Source of the DNA: Promethearchaeota archaeon
GTDB lineage: Archaea > Asgardarchaeota > Lokiarchaeia > Sigyniarchaeales > SOKP01
Direction: 5' to 3'
DNA length: 64,000 nucleotides
Assembly: GCA_019057795.1 (NCBI GenBank)
Contig: JAHLWS010000065.1
Span: forward strand, 32,001 to 96,000
Of the stretch, positions 60,513 through 64,000 are shown piece by piece. Within the stretch, counting starts at the first letter, position 1. Every line of letters begins with the position of its first letter. A model generated the notes under the pieces. That model was not told the DNA's origin. It searched no databases and saw nothing but the letters and a program-made list of their open reading frames with translations. A program made the position numbers and the translations under genes.

Positions 60513-61818
60513 AAAAAGTTAAAAACATTAAGACTGAAGAAAATGTTAACAGCAACTATTGAACAAGAAGGAAAAACGCGAATAGAAAATATATTTGTAA
60601 TCGATGCCCACTCGCAAACTCGATATGGAACGATCAAGAATAATAAATTAATTATCGCTGAAGAAATTTATGAATTTAAATCATACTGAAATTTATTACT
60701 AAATTAATTAAGCTGCCAATCATTATTACTAAACACGAATTTCGATATATTTTTATAACTAGAGAATTACTATCATTAATGAAAATGACTATAGACCCTG
60801 AACTACTTAAAGAAATTGAAAAAACGATAGAGAAAAAAGTTGTAGAATCTTTAGAAACGATTCAATTAGCTCAACTCAGGAAAGAATTTTTAACACGTCA
60901 GGATTTTTTGGACTCTATGGATAGAATGGACAAAAGATTTGAAGAATTAATTAAGCACATGAATCTACGATTTGAAGCAATGCAAAAACAAATTGATAAA
61001 CGATTTGAAGCATCCCAAAGAGAAATGAATCAACGGTTTGAAGCATTGCAAAAACAAATTGATAAAAGATTTGATAAAGTATATGAGCGTCTTGATAGTA
61101 TAGATCTAGGATATGGATATGTTGTTGAGGGAATGGCATACTCTATTATAAAACGAGAATTTAAACAGAGAGATCTTGATTTAGATCTCAAAATAAGGCA
61201 ACACTTTACCGACGAAAATTATACTGTTCACCCTGATACTCAAGATGTAGAAGTCGATATCTTTCATATTAAACCAAACATTATAGGAGAAGCCTCACTA
61301 AAGATATTTAATTTGGATAAAGTTCGCACTTTCATAAAAAAAATTGAGTTCCTTGAGAAGACATACAAAGATAATTTTAAAAGATTTTTATTTTGCTTTA
61401 AAATAGATGATAGGATAAAAGGCGAGCTTATTAATTTACTTCAAAAATATAATATCGAATTAATAATTCCTAAAATAGATAGTTAGATTTTATTTTAACA
61501 TAATTTATTCTGATTTTAAGGATATAGTTAAATTTCGTGAAACAAAGGTATTTAAAGTTGTAATTTTTTAATTTCCCTTATTTTTAAATAATCCTCTAAA
61601 ACAATCTAAACGCCATAATATTTAAGGAATAACTATTACATAAGAATATATAAGGAAACAACTTGATTTAATCTAAAGTAATCAAAATTTCTTCTAAAGA
61701 AATAAGATAGAAATAAAAAGTTAAAAACATTAAGACTGAAGAAAATGTTAACAGCAACTATCGAACAAGAAGGAAAAACGCGAATAGAAAATATATTTGT
61801 AATCGATGCCCACTCGCA
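60513..61818. repeat. 104-bp direct repeats (60513..60616 and 61715..61818): duplicated leader and 5' end of the amidohydrolase gene
   Basis: One mismatch; both copies encode MLTATIEQEGKTRIENIFVIDAHS. Confidence 0.92.
60779..61486 (+). CDS. Coiled-coil (11-aa repeat) protein with C-terminal PD-(D/E)XK-like domain
   Basis: RFEAMQKQIDK-type repeats; E...EVDIF...IGEAS motif. Confidence 0.65.
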   Translation: MKMTIDPELLKEIEKTIEKKVVESLETIQLAQLRKEFLTRQDFLDSMDRMDKRFEELIKHMNLRFEAMQKQIDKRFEASQREMNQRFEALQKQIDKRFDKVYERLDSIDLGYGYVVEGMAYSIIKREFKQRDLDLDLKIRQHFTDENYTVHPDTQDVEVDIFHIKPNIIGEASLKIFNLDKVRTFIKKIEFLEKTYKDNFKRFLFCFKIDDRIKGELINLLQKYNIELIIPKIDS

Positions 61819-63286
61819 TTTAGGAGAAGATGTGGATGGAGCAAAAATGATGAATCCGCTAGCACCAGGTACAGGAACCTTTGATTTTTGGGGTAATGTT
61901 CAAGGAAGATTAAAATCAGAATGGATAAAAACGGGAGAACAATCCTTTAGAACTTCAATGGACGGGAAATCGACTAAAATTACTTGGTCCTTCAATCCTT
62001 ATCCTTTTACAGATAAATTGTATGTTGCATTAGAAGCGTTGGGAAAAAGGTATTCTGATTTAAAAGAGAAGTCAAAATTTTATTCTTTCATCGATCAAGG
62101 CGTTGTTTTTCCTTTTCAAGATGTTTTTAGAGATAAGCATCCAGAAGCTTTATATCGAGCTAGTAATATTAATGTTTCCAGATTTACTACGCGCTTCCCA
62201 TTTTCTATGAAACTAATTGGATACGCTCGCTGCGATCCTATGGAAGGAGAAAAGGCAATTAAGGAGGTAACATACGCTCGACAAGTATTAGGACTCCGGG
62301 GTTTAAAGTTGCATCCTCGATCAGAAAGATGGATCGATGATATTAAAACGGGCAAACCACTTAATGTTTTAATTGAAGCCGCAAGTCATTCCATGCCCGT
62401 ATTATTCGACACTCGGGGAAGAGGCTCAATATTAGACATCGCCGAATTAATTAAATCAACTAGAACAATGATAGCTCAACATTATCCAGAGTTATTACCT
62501 CATTTCAAGGTTATAATCGCACATTTTGCTCAAGGAAATATTGGCGATTACGAAGTCTATAATGCGATTGTCCAACCGAATACTTATGGCGATTTATCAA
62601 TGCTTCATGGAGAGGGGGCTGGGAACTTTTTAGAAGATTTTCGAAAATGGTTTAGGGCACAAAATAAAATAAGAGTTGATAATCGAGATTGGTCGGAATA
62701 CCTTCTTTACGCCTCAGATTACCCTTACTTTGGAGATATTCACGCTCAAAAGCTTCTGATATACATTATAAATAAACGGTTTTTTGACACAGGTGGAACT
62801 ATTAAAGACGTCAGAAATATCATGGGGTTAAACCAGATAAAAATTCTTCCTGAGTATAACTTACCTCAAAATAAAAACAATGGAAGTAGTTTACCATCTA
62901 CTTTAATATCAACCCCATTAAATAGTAATCCTACTTCTTATGAAATTGCTATAAAAGCTTTAGCAAAATTAATCGTAGAAAACAAGGTCGATATTAAAAG
63001 ATTCTGTATACAATTCAAAGATACCTGGGATAACTTTAACGACGATATTTTATTGAACGCTTTCACACCAACTACCAAAGAAGAAGTTCCAATCATGCTA
63101 ACTCAATTGGTAACAGATCAAATCGCTTTGTTTGCGCCCTTAAACAAAAAGGCAGGGTGGAATAAGTTTGGATATAAATATTTCAACCCAAAAGATCGCG
63201 CGTTTTTCGCATCTATTTTCAAGCAAAACTACTTGGCTACAGACGAAATGCAAACGGTTGATTGTTTAGCTCAGATTTTTAATTAA
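61745..63286 (+). CDS. Amidohydrolase-family metal-dependent hydrolase
   Basis: IDAHSH, GLKLHP, IIAHF and ASDYPY motifs. Confidence 0.88.
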   Translation: MLTATIEQEGKTRIENIFVIDAHSHLGEDVDGAKMMNPLAPGTGTFDFWGNVQGRLKSEWIKTGEQSFRTSMDGKSTKITWSFNPYPFTDKLYVALEALGKRYSDLKEKSKFYSFIDQGVVFPFQDVFRDKHPEALYRASNINVSRFTTRFPFSMKLIGYARCDPMEGEKAIKEVTYARQVLGLRGLKLHPRSERWIDDIKTGKPLNVLIEAASHSMPVLFDTRGRGSILDIAELIKSTRTMIAQHYPELLPHFKVIIAHFAQGNIGDYEVYNAIVQPNTYGDLSMLHGEGAGNFLEDFRKWFRAQNKIRVDNRDWSEYLLYASDYPYFGDIHAQKLLIYIINKRFFDTGGTIKDVRNIMGLNQIKILPEYNLPQNKNNGSSLPSTLISTPLNSNPTSYEIAIKALAKLIVENKVDIKRFCIQFKDTWDNFNDDILLNAFTPTTKEEVPIMLTQLVTDQIALFAPLNKKAGWNKFGYKYFNPKDRAFFASIFKQNYLATDEMQTVDCLAQIFN

Positions 63287-63353
63287 ATCCAATTTTTCTT
63301 AATATTGGTTTAAGATAAGATCTTTTTTCCAATCATACTAATAATAATCTTAC

Positions 63354-64000
63354 TCAAAGCTTTTGTTCAAGCTCTTGTTCAAGATATTGAAATCTACCAA
63401 GAGCGGAGGTTCCTATAAAGATTATAAATATAGCTAGAAAGAAAAGAAAATAATTATTAAATGTTTGTTGGAAAACAAATATTCCTGCTATGAGGGGAAC
63501 CATTAACCCTATTGAATTAAATACTGGAAAAACCACCGCTACTCTACTTTTTTGAAAAGCACTTTGATAGAAGGCAAAACTACTCATATTACATATAGCT
63601 AACCCCCACCATCCTATAAACACCCATAAATGATTATAATCAAACCAAAAGATTCCAAAAAAAATTTCAGCCCATATATACCAAGTTAGTTGGATATTTG
63701 CTTGAATTACCGCTTGGGCTAAAATATTTGTAAAAACATTACCAAGAGCAAGTAAAAAGGAGCCCGTGAGCATTATAAAAAATCCTTCTGAATTAGTACC
63801 TCTCTTTTTTAAAGATAGTATTAAGCAAAAAATAGTGATGGAAAACGTTATTGCTAAGAAAATTATTAAAGGGAAGACAAAAAGATGCAAATCTATTACA
63901 ATATTTGAAATTCCAGCTAAAACAATCAAAACTGGTGAGATTGCTAATACAATTATTGCCAGAAATTCGTACCATTTTATTTTTTCACCTAAAAGACGGT
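63354..64000 (-). CDS. DMT/NIPA-like membrane protein (5' end off the window)
   Basis: The frame appears open to the window edge (LLGEKIKWYEFLAII...); YQSAFQKSRVAVVFPVF motif. Confidence 0.65.
   Translation of the reverse strand, partial: RLLGEKIKWYEFLAIIVLAISPVLIVLAGISNIVIDLHLFVFPLIIFLAITFSITIFCLILSLKKRGTNSEGFFIMLTGSFLLALGNVFTNILAQAVIQANIQLTWYIWAEIFFGIFWFDYNHLWVFIGWWGLAICNMSSFAFYQSAFQKSRVAVVFPVFNSIGLMVPLIAGIFVFQQTFNNYFLFFLAIFIIFIGTSALGRFQYLEQELEQKL

Noticed and set aside
60940-61080. CRISPR-like repeats
   Set aside because: These are 33-nt coding repeats (11-aa coiled-coil) without spacers; no CRISPR array was seen in the window.
5101-61486. Genome-wide reassignment of TAG or TGA
   Set aside because: Many intact genes end at TAG or TGA at expected lengths (e.g. 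corrinoid protein, HMGR, ubiX, uppS).

Overview
AT-rich archaeal chromosomal window, most likely from an Asgard archaeon of the Lokiarchaeia type (inferred from TBP, a roadblock-GTPase fusion, longin, gelsolin and TPR-TIR proteins, and archaeal lipid genes). It holds about 50 CDSs, tRNA-Leu(CAG), a complete archaeal (AcnX/UbiD-type) mevalonate pathway cluster, an MttB-family methyltransferase with its corrinoid partner, and two orphan DNA methyltransferases. Main discoveries: (1) Two protein-coding genes, a GH38 alpha-mannosidase and mevalonate kinase, are each interrupted inside a conserved motif by a 30-31 nt hairpin insert with bulge-helix-bulge (BHB) geometry. Canonical tRNA-endonuclease cut sites restore HWDRE|WY and LFGE|HFVVYG exactly, so these look like tRNA-type micro-introns in mRNA. 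(2) A LAGLIDADG endonuclease gene lies between an orphan copy and a synonymously recoded copy of mannosidase exon 1, and both copies end at the intron site, suggesting a homing-endonuclease plus micro-intron mobile unit. (3) An uncharacterised gene has an in-frame TGA and a eukaryote-like SECIS in its 3' UTR, making it a candidate new selenoprotein. (4) Several insertions are flanked by duplicated gene 5' ends or promoters. All calls are by eye from the sequence and ORF track; no database searches were run.
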